From positions 1 through 64,000 of the forward strand of contig LWCA01000052.1 of the NCBI GenBank assembly GCA_001642005.1: 64,000 bases of DNA, given 5' to 3'. The stretch is from Intoshia linei (taxonomy: Eukaryota > Animalia > Orthonectida). Within the stretch, counting starts at the first letter, position 1. Every line of letters begins with the position of its first letter. A program made the translations under genes and the position numbers. The notes under the pieces are model-generated. The model worked only from the letters and a program-made list of their open reading frames with translations. It made no database searches and was not told the origin of the DNA. Shown piece after piece: positions 11,411-23,000 of this stretch.

Positions 11411-13936
11411 TTAGTTCAAAATCACATTGTTCTTGCTCAGGTATCCGTTAATAAAATCTTTTGCAGTCATTCGATTACGATACAATAAATTCTCTACTTC
11501 AATCCAACCATCCTATAAAATATTCAATAAATAAAAATTAATGAAATTTAACTATAAAAATACTAATACTAGTGAAGGGCTCCCAACATTTTTTTAGCAT
11601 GGGCTGGTAATTTCGAAGTAACATCACGAAAGCATTATCACGATTTTTTTTAAATTCTAGAACCATTAATTATATCAAATTTTTTGAAATACAATAAAAT
11701 AGTTACCAAATAAAAAAATAAATACCAAAATGTTTTTTTGACCGTAAAGGCGTCACTTTATCAGATTCAAATTTTGTGTGTGTCAACTGAATATAAATGT
11801 ATCATCTGTAATTTTTTTTAAATTTTGGAACAAATTTCGCGATTACCCGATTACAGGATTACTGATAGAATATTATCATTACCCTCAGTTTTGGGGGCAC
11901 TTTTCAAAAAAGATGCCCCAACACGGGGTTATACTGTATAACAGAATCGGCAATCCTAATCATATTATAATTACCAGACATCGAATAATAACCCTTCCAT
12001 TATTGTAAAGTATTTGTCCATAACTATATTTTTGATTTTTTAATAAATCTAAAAATGTAGTTATATTTAAAATAAAATAAATAATTTACAAAACCTCCAA
12101 ATAATAATGGGTATTTCAAAAACTGACCCTGTGATTTTAAAACTTTAAAAAGTGTATGCCTATTCTACAATTGATAGAGGCCTCTTGGATTTGGGTCGAT
12201 GATAAATTTAAATAGTAACGATTTAGTGGCTAAAACGTAGTTCTCAAACTGTCCAACAAATGAGATGAGAACCTACAATGCTAGTCCAACATTGAAAGGG
12301 TAATTATCTTTCAAAATAACCACCACAATAATTTTGCTTTTAAACTTTAAAATCACCCATAAACATTTAAAATATATTACCTTGGGGAAAATCATCCAAG
12401 TTAGGGTTAAAACGTATATTTAAAAATCGAATAATGTGGTCGTTCCAATAAGAATACAGCATATTCTAAATTTAAATATATTTTAAAATCAATTAATTCA
12501 AATTAATTAAAAATTACTCGTTCTGAAAGAGCCAAATATTGACATTCAATAAACCGACACGAACGTGTCCAGTGAATTCTACTCATTTTCTTATTAATTT
12601 TAGGCGCTAAATAATCTGTTTTATTTTAAACTTGAAACAAGTTTTATGGTAATTTTTAAAACAAATTAAAGGAGTTTTTTGGTAAATTCAACTTTACATC
12701 TGTGGATAGCATCAGTTTTCAAAACATTTTCGTTGTACAGTAGTTATCCCATCATTAAAATGAAATGAATTAAAAACAAAACCAAAACCAAAACGTGGTA
12801 TCAAGATGATATAAAACAGTCATTCTTAAACTTAGAAACTTACCTACTGCTCGAAGTCACCGAAAATAAAAATAGAACCTGAAAAAATTTTGAAAACAAT
12901 GATTAATACCATATACCCAGCCATTTCTCCACGGGCCTGGATTCGACACTTTAAATTTGACACAAAAATTAATTAATAGTCAAAAATACAATTTTATAAT
13001 GTTCAATTTTGAAAAATGAGGGCTGATTTTACAAATATTTCGTCGAGGCCCTGAAGAGGGTACGGCAATCGTATACAATATATAAACTATACTATAAATA
13101 TTTACCTTTATTAGATACGAAACCAGTAATTTTAACTGGATTAAATAAATATTTCTGTGGGTTTTTCAAGACATTAATCACCTAAATAAAAAGTATCACT
13201 TAAAAACAAAATAAATGTACCATTGAAGCTCCATTTAAAGCCAATTTTTGCGTCAGTTGATTGGAGAACAATTTGTTGTCTGAAATATTAAGAGATTCTT
13301 GCATAACAACTGGACCTGAATCAAATCTAGTAAATAGAAAAATCAAAATAATGCATACGATTTAGGAATGATTTTCATCAATGTCACACCAGTAAACTCT
13401 TCATTATTTAAAATGACATGTTCAACTGGAGCTGGACCATAATATTTGGGCAAAAGGCTTGGATGAATATTGTATATTCCACTAAATCAAATTAAATTTT
13501 TTAAATTTTAAAAAAATTACAATTTACAAATATGAATATACAATTCAGGTATTAATTTACCAAAAGATGCAACAATACCAATATCAAATTGATTTTTTAA
13601 AAATTCACTGTTTGGCCAATTTGTACAAAAATTTAATTTTTTGTCTGTGCAATAATTGTGTACAATTGTCTAAATATTGAAATAACGAAAAAATAGACAA
13701 AATAAAAAAAATTAAAAAAATTACATTTTTCTTACAAATTACTGACAGATTAAATTCTTGCCTAAAAATATTTTTAAATTATAATTTAAATTATTATTTT
13801 ACCTTCTATATTCATTAATCTTTTTAAGATGTACAATGGAAAATTTATCGCTTCCAAAAAATAATAAACTTTTTATTTCGCTGTGAAAGTTCTGAAAGAT
13901 AAATTTCGAGAATTGCCATTTTTTACCCAGTATCAT
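11411..13936 (-). CDS. MTFMT: Mitochondrial methionyl-tRNA formyltransferase, about 10 short exons (absent from ORF track)
   Basis: Spliced translation: [72 protein letters not shown]|[19 protein letters not shown]. Confidence 0.9.
12840..13075. repeat. Short dispersed repeat (MITE-like); reverse copies at about 20435-20620 and 46350-46550
   Basis: acaaatatttcgtcgaggccctgaagagggtacg matches the reverse complement of cgtaccc..ctcttcaggacctcgacggaatatttgt at about 20432-20475. Confidence 0.65.
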
Positions 13937-14207
13937 CAATATACAACCATTATGAAATAACTTTATTTATTTTTATTTTAAAATCTTAGTTAAAAATCAC
14001 TAATTGTTATTAATACAGTACTGTACTTGTAAATTATATTATTAAAGTTTTATATAATACACTGTAATAACAATATAAAAACGTATCAACGAGGTTTGCA
14101 GGTGATGCAGATGTTAATTACTTTAACGAGTGCCCATTATTTTAAATAAAATTAGTTTTAAATTAAAATCGTGAAAATTACAACATTTTTATTTCATATA
14201 ATTGTAA
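13937..14207. promoter_or_regulatory. Putative bidirectional promoter, MTFMT/RCC1
   Basis: Only 271 bp separate the divergent start codons. Promoter function is inferred from geometry. Confidence 0.5.
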
Positions 14208-15889
14208 ATGAAGAGAAAATACAGCAATTCAAATAACATAAATGGGTCCAAGAGACGCAGGTCCAGCTTAGCTTATATGAGAGATATAAAAAGTAATATA
14301 AAACTAATTAAAATTTAACCTATATAGTTGATACAAATGTTATAATGCAACATGAACCGGGAATATTATGCACGGTTGGGCAAGGAGACATAGGTCAACT
14401 AGGATTAGGTCCAGATGTACTAGAATTGAAAAAACCTAGAATAGTTGATTTTGGAGAAAATGTGAGTCAAGTAGTTTGTGGTGGGATGCATACTGTAGTT
14501 TTGACCGTAACCAACAAACTGTATACCTTTGGATGCAGCGATGAAGGAGCTCTCGGAAGAAATATTTTGGCCGAAAATGAAACTAGTACCGATGCCGATA
14601 GAACAATGGAGTGTGTACCCGGAATAGTTAAAATACCAAACAGCAATAAAATTATACAAATTTCCGCGGGTGATTCTCATACTGCTGTTCTCGATTGTGA
14701 CGGAAACGTTTTCATGTGGGGTTGTTTTAGGGTACTTTTATTGTCTATTAACTTTATAATTTATATTTTTTACTTTTAAGGACTCTAGTGGAGTTATTGG
14801 ATTAATTAAAGAAAGCGAAATTGAAACTAAACCAATAATTATGAAATTCAAAAAAACTATAAAAATCAGCTCTGGGTCAAATCATATTGCCCTATTAACA
14901 GACAATGGAGAAATTTACACAGCAGGTTGAATTTGATTTAATTTTTAAATAATTAATGCAGGTGCAGCCGAGCAGGGTCAATTGGGTCGTGTAGCAGAAT
15001 ATTTTGTCAACAGAGGTGGAAGAAAAGGAATAAAAAGTAATGTTACATTTATTTTATGATTTATAAATTAGACACACTTTTAAACTTGCAAAAAATTAAA
15101 GTTGTCGGATCAAAAAAAATTTACTTTACTGACGTTTGGTGTGGAGCGTTTGGTACTTATGCATATTCATCCAACGAGAGACTTTTTGCGTGGGGATTAA
15201 ATAACTTTAATCAGCTTGGAACAGATTTTAATAATAATCAATTTATTCCAGTCGAGATCAATCTTCCGTTCGAGGGAAAACCCAATAATATCGCTGTAGG
15301 TCAACATCACACTCTTATTTCCAGTCAAAGCGGAATCGTTTATTCTTTAGGTCGATATGATTATGGACGACTCGGTGTTGGGGAAAAGGATATGAAAAGA
15401 GAAGAATTTGTCCATAAACCTACGAAAATAGACTCATCGTTATTATACACATATATTGCTTGCGGTGAAATTGTATCTTTTGCTATCGATAAATCCGGTA
15501 AGACATATGCTTGGGGAATGGGGACCAATGGCCAATTGTCTCAGAATGATGAAGAAGATATTTATTCACCAACTCTTATGAAAGGAAAAAACATTGTCAA
15601 TAGGTTTGTTTTAATTTTTTACTGCTTTAAATGTGGCCTAGTTGACGTCATTTTTTTGATAATCCAAATGATAAAAAAATAATTCCTCGGTTTTTTAAAC
15701 AGCTTGGTAAAATCGGGGTTTCTAGTTAAATTTTATTAACTATTTAAAATTTAAATTTAAGTAAAATTCAAAATTATTAACTAAAACTTTTATACTGTCT
15801 TTGTACTTTTATTTTAATATAGGAAATGCTATGCTGTATCATCCGGTGGACAACATACTGCTTTAATCGTTTCCAAAGATAATATTTAA
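14208..15889 (+). CDS. RCC1: Regulator of chromosome condensation 1 (Ran GEF), 6 exons
   Basis: Basic N-terminal tail MKRK..KRRR, then RCC1 repeats GQGDIGQLGLG, VCGGMHT, SDEGALGR, ISAGDSHT, AEQGQLGR, WGLNNFNQLG, YDYGRLG, WGMGTNGQL and SSGGQHT. Confidence 0.95.
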
Positions 15890-15997
15890 TTTTGATTTTT
15901 TTCAAGCTTTGTAATATTGTAAATATTCTGTTCCAAAATTTATTTAAATTTTAACCTATTCGGTTAACGCAATATTAATTAATAAAGTTATATTTTA

Positions 15998-18900
15998 ATG
16001 CCTACCTTTGTTAAAACGCGCAATGTTAATGTTAATTTTCCGTTTGAACCATATCCGTCCCAAATTGATTACATGTCAAAGGTTTTGGAATGTTTGGTAA
16101 TTTGCATGTGTGTATTTTTGTTTATATTATTTAGCAAGATGGTTCTAACGGTTTACTAGAATCACCAACTGGTACAGGCAAAACTTTGTGTTTGTTGTGT
16201 TCTTCGCTTGCATGGCTAGAAAATAAGAAAGCTCAAGTCCAAAACAAAAAATTTGTTGAAATTAACAAGGAAGCTTTAAATATGCCCAATTTAGATGACT
16301 ATAGGCATCATTTAACTCAAAACCTTGATAAAGCGTGTGGTAATTGATATATCATTTTTCCCAAGTTATTTTTAATGCAGAAAATATAATAATCATGCGA
16401 AATTAAAATAATAAAACTTGAAAATATTAATAACAGTTATTTTTAATTTATATGCTTAAAAAAATGTTTTTTCATATTTGAAGATTTTAGAATATATTTT
16501 TGATTTCAATTAAAAAAAATCGTAACGGCTAAGATTGATTTTTTTAGTTTTCTACCCTCCATTCTTAATTTAAATATTTAATAATATTTATCTGAATCCT
16601 GTTTAATCATACATGTATACTAGGGTGTCAATTTTTTTTAAAATTGAAACGTAGCAGAAATATCAATTGAAATTATTTCATTTAAAGAATGCCGTTTAAA
16701 TTTTACAAAAATAATTAATATTGAAGTCTTTGTTATAATGTATATGAGTAATGTTTTTATAATTTTCTCTTTCGATTTGTTTTTGTTTTTTTTCTGATAT
16801 CATTGGATTTTCTAATTGATTCCAAATATGGATGATTTATAGTAGTGGATGGTTTTGAAAATTAAAGAATTCAATATCCTCAAAGTGTGTCTTAGATAAG
16901 TGGTCATCTTTTGCGACTGAAAAAATATTATCTAATTTATTACGATATACTTGAGCTCTGGGTAATGTTGAACTTGGTAGAATAATTCGATATTCACCAA
17001 ACAATTTTTTGATTTTATATTCAATTTTAATTAATGATGTTATATTTAAGCCAGTTTTATTATAAATGGAAAGAACTTCTTTCGATATTTGTCGAAATGG
17101 GCGTACCTTCTTTGTTTCTGTTAACCATAATAACCTCTGCAATACATTTATTAGTGTACCCATTTTTCTATCATTGAAATTAAATGAAATCAATTTGCAA
17201 TGATAATGTTTCCATTTCTTTGAGACATTTTAAAATGATTAAAAGATAAATTAGTACGAAATATAACTTTTTTTTATTATAAATATTAAAACGAGAACCG
17301 CGAATTCGTTTATGATTATTTTTATCAATTTTTTACGGGTATATGCTTAAAATAATATTTTAATTCAATTTAAATCTACACTTTTATCAAAAACAAAAAA
17401 AGTTGACACCCTAATGTATATGAACATTATATTCTAACTTGACCCTACCAAAAACTACGTTTAACAGACTTGCATGAAATCCCACTGTTAATGATTTAGT
17501 AGTCACTTGAATTAAATTGATATTTTATATTTAGGAAATTATCATTGCGAGAATAACCCAAAAATTATATATGCAACTCGGACACACTCACAAATATCTC
17601 AAGTAATGTCGGAACTGAAAAAGACGGCCTATTCACATTTTAAAACGACAATTTTAGCATCTCGAAGTAGATATTGTATCCACCCTGTAGTATCAAAAGA
17701 AACTCATGATGCTGCTAGAAATTCTTTGTGTTCCCTAAAAGTTAAAACTAGAAAATGTATATATTACAATAGAGTTGAAAATAATTTGGGTAATTTTGAC
17801 AAAATTTACACTTTGGATGAAATGGTGACTAAATCTACCAAACTGGGGGTGTGTCCATATTTTACATCGCGAGAAATGCAAAGGAATGCAGATATAATTT
17901 TTGTTCCTTACAATTATTTGTTAAGTCAAGACATGCGGAAAGTTCACGACATTGACGTAAAAGATTGTATAATAATTTTTGACGAAGCACACAATTTGGA
18001 GGGGTTTTGCGAAGATAACTTATCGGTCGAATTCACTTCAATAGACGTAGCATTATCGATTCGTGATATTGTGGATATAACACCAATTTTTTTGAGTGAA
18101 CAAGAGTTTGTTAAAGATAAACTTGAAACAAAGGGTGATAAGAAAACTAATGAACCATTAAAAATTTCTCATTTAATTAAAGTAAAACAAATTCTCGAAA
18201 TAATTGAAAAAGAGTTGGAAGCTATTCAATTATCTGGCGATCCGCCGTCAATGACTTACCCTGGAAATTACATTTACACATTTTTAGATAAAGCTGGGAT
18301 ACATCAAGGTAACAAACGGTCCATTTTGCACAATATGGAAGTTATTATTGATTATATAACAGATAAATTTGACGGTGGAATAAAAACCAAAGGAAATGGG
18401 CTGAATAAAATGTATAAAGTTTTCAAGTCCATTTTGCGTAAATCTACCAAGGACAATGACAATATATTGAATTATAAAATTTATATTGAAGAAGTAGACC
18501 CTAAACAAAAATATCAAAATTCTAATTTTACAAATAAATACAAAAGTCTCAATTTCTGGTGTTTTAATTCAGCTGAATCAATGCAAGATTTAATGAGTTG
18601 TGGAACTGTATCAATTATTCTTACGAGTGGCACTCTTTCTCCGTTTAATTCATTCAAATATATGATGGGAATAGATTTCAAGGTTACCTTACAAAACTCG
18701 CATGTTATCGACAACGATCAAATGTTGATTAGAGTCGTACCACAAGGACCAGATCAAACTTTTTTAAACCCTTCCTATAAAACCAGATTTTCTCAGAAAT
18801 ACCAAGATTCATTAGGCAATACTATAATCAATTTTTGTCGACATTGTCGGGATGGTTTTCTTATATTTTTTCAATCTTACAGTTTTTTAAATTTAATCAT

Positions 18901-20006
18901 TTCAAGTTGGAAGACTTCGGGTATTTATGCGAGATTGGAAAAATTAAAAAATATTTACGTTGAACCTAGAAACAAGGGAGAATTGTCTGTTTTTATGCAG
19001 GACTTTTATTCCAGTATAGACCAAAACGTGAAAACTGGTTCGATTTTTATAGCAGTTTGTGGAGGAAAAGTTAGCGAAGGAATCGATTTTTCTGATAAAT
19101 ATGGTAGATGTGTCGTTTTGATTGGTATACCGTTTCCCCCCAAAAATGATCCACGCATTTCTCTGAAAATAAAACATTTAAATTCTAAAAAAGATGTCGA
19201 TTTAACTGGACAAGAATGGTATACTCAACAAGCGTACCGTTCTGCCAATCAGGCTATAGGAAGAATTATTAGGCACAGGCACGATTTTGGTTGCATTTTT
19301 GTTTTTAATGTTTATATATTTATTTTTAGGTGTAATTTTATTGGTGGACCAGCGATACACGTCAAAATTTTCGCAGGATCAGTTACCCAAATGGATACAA
19401 AAAAATGTTCGCGTTTACAATTCCTTTAGTAGTTCTATAGGCGAATTGATTCGATTTTTTAAAACTAGAAATTCAAAATGTTTCCCCAAGTCTGAACTTA
19501 AAGAATTGACACAAATTGAAAATGATGTACCTTCGACTTCCACTATGAACACTAGTCTGAAAATTAATATCAAGAATCTTAAAAGAAATAAATCTATAGA
19601 TGAGGTTCATTTTTTAATTTTCTGCTTCTACAATTGTAGTACATACAAATGGTATATTTAATTTTTATGTTTGATTTACAGAAATATCAAATTCCTCAGA
19701 AAGTACCGTTAAAATTGAATAATTCTATGAATTATCTTGGAGAAATTAGAAAATTTTTGAGTAATGATGAATACGAATGTTTTTCAACTATTTTGAAATT
19801 GTATAAACAGGATCAAAATATTTTAAAAGTTATTCAAGAGTTGACCACTTTATTTCTAACTAAAAAGGAACGCAATTTTTTGTACAGAGGTTTATATTCA
19901 TTTTCTTTTATTTTAAATCTTTTTTTTAGATTTTTCTCAATTTGTCCGCAAGAGTCAACAAAAAACTTTTAACGACAGTTGGGATAAATTTGTTTGCAAT
20001 ATATGA
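15998..20006 (+). CDS. RTEL1: Regulator of telomere elongation helicase 1 (Fe-S, XPD family)
   Basis: [40 protein letters not shown], four Fe-S cysteines, [21 protein letters not shown] and QAIGRIIRH, plus one C-terminal harmonin-N-like domain ([16 protein letters not shown]). Confidence 0.93.
16621..17413 (-). mobile_element. Internally deleted hAT-type (hATm-like) DNA transposon in RTEL1 intron 2
   Basis: TIRs tagggtgtcaa / ttgacacccta and an 8-bp TSD atgtatac/atgtatat. Internal ORF 16837-17193 resembles a transposase N-terminal fragment. The subfamily assignment is tentative. Confidence 0.75.
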
Positions 20007-20022
20007 ACAAATATTTAATGTA

Positions 20023-20036
20023 TAATAAATTTATTA
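20023..20036. terminator. Palindromic back-to-back poly(A) signals between the convergent RTEL1 and RSPH4/6 genes
   Basis: TAATAAATTTATTA carries AATAAA on both strands within the 65-bp gap between the stop codons. Confidence 0.5.
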
Positions 20037-20071
20037 CATAGGTTCAAGTTTCGTGAGTTATCTGGATTTAT

Positions 20072-23000
20072 TTAATCTTCTTCTTCGTCTTCTTCTTCAC
20101 CTAATTTTATCGTGTAGTTTTTAATTTTTAATTAATTATTAAATTTATTTTGTTAGTCATTTTATATATTTATTTTACGAAATCTTTGAGGGAGAACAAA
20201 ATTAAAGAAAAGAATAAAAACCTTATTTTTAATTTGGGTAGAATTTCTCATTTTATAAAACTAATTCTGGAAAAAATCATATTTTTTTTATTTATATTTA
20301 GAACAGGAAATATCATTTTATGATATTTTCTTGAGAAAAACCAATTATTTAAAAAAAAACAACTATATCTAAATCCTTCGAAATACACACGTTGTGAAAC
20401 TTTTTACAGAAAAACAAATCAATATATAGAATCGTACCCGAGGCTCCTCTTCAGGACCTCGACGGAATATTTGTAAAATATCAAATTTAGCATTTAAAAT
20501 ATTTTATTCTTTATTATTATAATAGTTATTGGTGTTAAATTTAAAATGTCAAGTCAACACCTCGTTTGCAATACAAAGCATAGTTTACGAAAATTGTGTT
20601 AGGGTCTATTTCAATTTCCATGGCTTCGCGATGGATAGATTCTGCTCTGTATTTATATGTTAAATAGAAATCTTACTTTTATATAAATTTTTTTATGAAA
20701 AAGTTTTATAAACTGATTTTTTTTTTATAAAAAAATTAATATTTTCACATTTCTGGAAATCTGCTTCTTTAATAAAATGTTTCTATAAAAAATATTTGAC
20801 ACAAAAATCGCAATGAAACTTTTTAAATAAAAATAAAATTTTTTAAATGTTAATAGCAAAACATAATATTGCTTTAATTTAGATACAAACTAAATTTTCA
20901 AGAAAAACTAATTTTTACTATGTCTAAAAAACTAATTACACATATGTATTCTCAATTTTACAAAAAATTAATTATTGACGAGTCTGACCGTTCATCTAAA
21001 TTTTTGAAAATATCAATGTCTATGAAACTAATTATTGAAAAAATGAAATTAATATAGATTTGAAGAAAATATATAGATTAAAATGTTAATAATATCGAAT
21101 TTCGTTAGAAATCTCAATTTTATGAGATTTTGCTCAGAAAAAATGAAATTTGAAAAATACAAAAGTTTAACATTATACATTTAACGGGAAAACCTTATTG
21201 TAGAGCTAGGGTTCTCACACTTTTTTCACCGCAAATCTGTTATTTCATATAAAATTTATCTGGGCCGCTAAAACGAAATTACTGTGTAAAATTTAAAAAA
21301 ATACGATTATATAAATTTAATAATTAAAATATTTATTGTCAAAAAATTTTAAAAAAACTTTTTGTAGAAAAATTTATTTTTACTTCATTTGATGAAAATA
21401 TTTCATTTTACATTAATTTTGTATGAAATAGTACTTGACATAAAAAATTTTGACTATAATTCAAATATAATGTATGTCGAAAAAGCCCTTTTCATAAAAC
21501 TTAAGACTTTAAAACATGTATAAATAACTTTTTAGAGATAAATCAAATTTTAATAGCATTTGACACTCAAGTACAATTTTATAAATTGACTAAATCAAAA
21601 TCCCAATTATTACTAAAATTGATGATAAATACCCATTTTTTTAAGCATTTCCGAGAAATATTAAATTTTACTGCACTTGACATGCAATGTTCGAGAGAAA
21701 AACCAATGTAGTATATAAAAATTATCAAATAATATTATTAAAATTTCATAAAACAACTTTCGATCTTTTTTCTGGGGTATACGGGGTGTTATTATCCAAA
21801 ATTATATGAAAAATTAAACAGGATCAATGATCTGTTTCAAATCAAATTTGCATATTTTAATTTCTAAAATTACCTTCTTCTTCCATTTCTGCGGCAATAT
21901 CGGCAGCTTCTTGTTGGGCAGCACGCAGTGAAGCCTATATTTAGTTTACATGTTTTAATCTTTAAATAATGTTACCTCTTCTTCAGGGGTCGGATCATCT
22001 GCTTCCGTAATTTCTGGACCACTTGGATATTCAGTCATTAACATTGGTAGTAATACTGGATCAAAGTTTTCGCCAAGGTATTTTAATCCCCAACCAACGT
22101 AAATATTTTCAAACTTTTTTTCGACGGCATAAGCAACGGCTCCCGGCCATAAATTTGATCGTATTACTGCAATAGAATATTGTGGAATAAGCCCACTAGA
22201 CAAACTTGTTGACCATGGACTAATAAATTTAATTTCAGCATCCTCTGAAAGTGGATTCAATAATGGTGGACCCGTTTCCGGCACTGGTGCATCTTCACTT
22301 TCTTCCTCCAATTCTTCTTCGTCCTCTTCAAATGCATCAGGTTGTTTTTGAACAGGATTCCACCATGTGCAACGGCCTTGTGGTAAAATATGCTGTACAT
22401 GATGTACCCAATTAGCTAATGAAACGTCGCATAATTCACGAATTGGCATGGGTTCGAAATCTACATTTACCATAAATGTATCTCGGCCATCGCTTTCCTC
22501 TAATTCCTCTTCTTCCTCATCGTCAAATTGATAATATCCTAATGGAGAAATTTGAGTTCCAGCACTGATTCTTGCTATTTGGGAACGTAGGTAATTTGAT
22601 TCGTTACCTGGGAAAGGAGGGTAGCTATTTATCTTTGAGTTTAAATTTCCACTGAAAAATGAACGAATTTGTCTTGAAATGTTTATTTGAATTGGTGTGA
22701 CATACTAAAATCTTGAAATTAAACTTTTTTAGAAAATTTAAATTTTACAAGTTTGAATTAGCATTTAGACCAGTGTTTCCCAACCCATTTGGCGTTATCG
22801 CCCATTTTTTAAAATTTTATATATTATTTTTATCGCCCATTAAAAATAAAATTTTAATTTCAAAATTTAAAGTTCTATATATTGTATGCACGAACAAATA
22901 CATTTATTTTTAGATCTAATATGTCAATGAATCTACTTTCTATGTCTTTTTTGGGATCATTGATGTGATCAACAAATTTCTTTATATCAGTACAATTTAT

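Noticed and set aside
12925-12955. GGATTCGA B-box-like motif suggesting a tRNA or SINE
   Set aside because: No cloverleaf or A-box is visible, and the motif is not conserved in other copies of this repeat.
19270-19429. Apparent frameshifts or overlapping ORFs in RTEL1, TEAD, SULT and FLII as pseudogenes or programmed frameshifting
   Set aside because: Each is resolved by a short GT-AG intron that restores conserved sequence.
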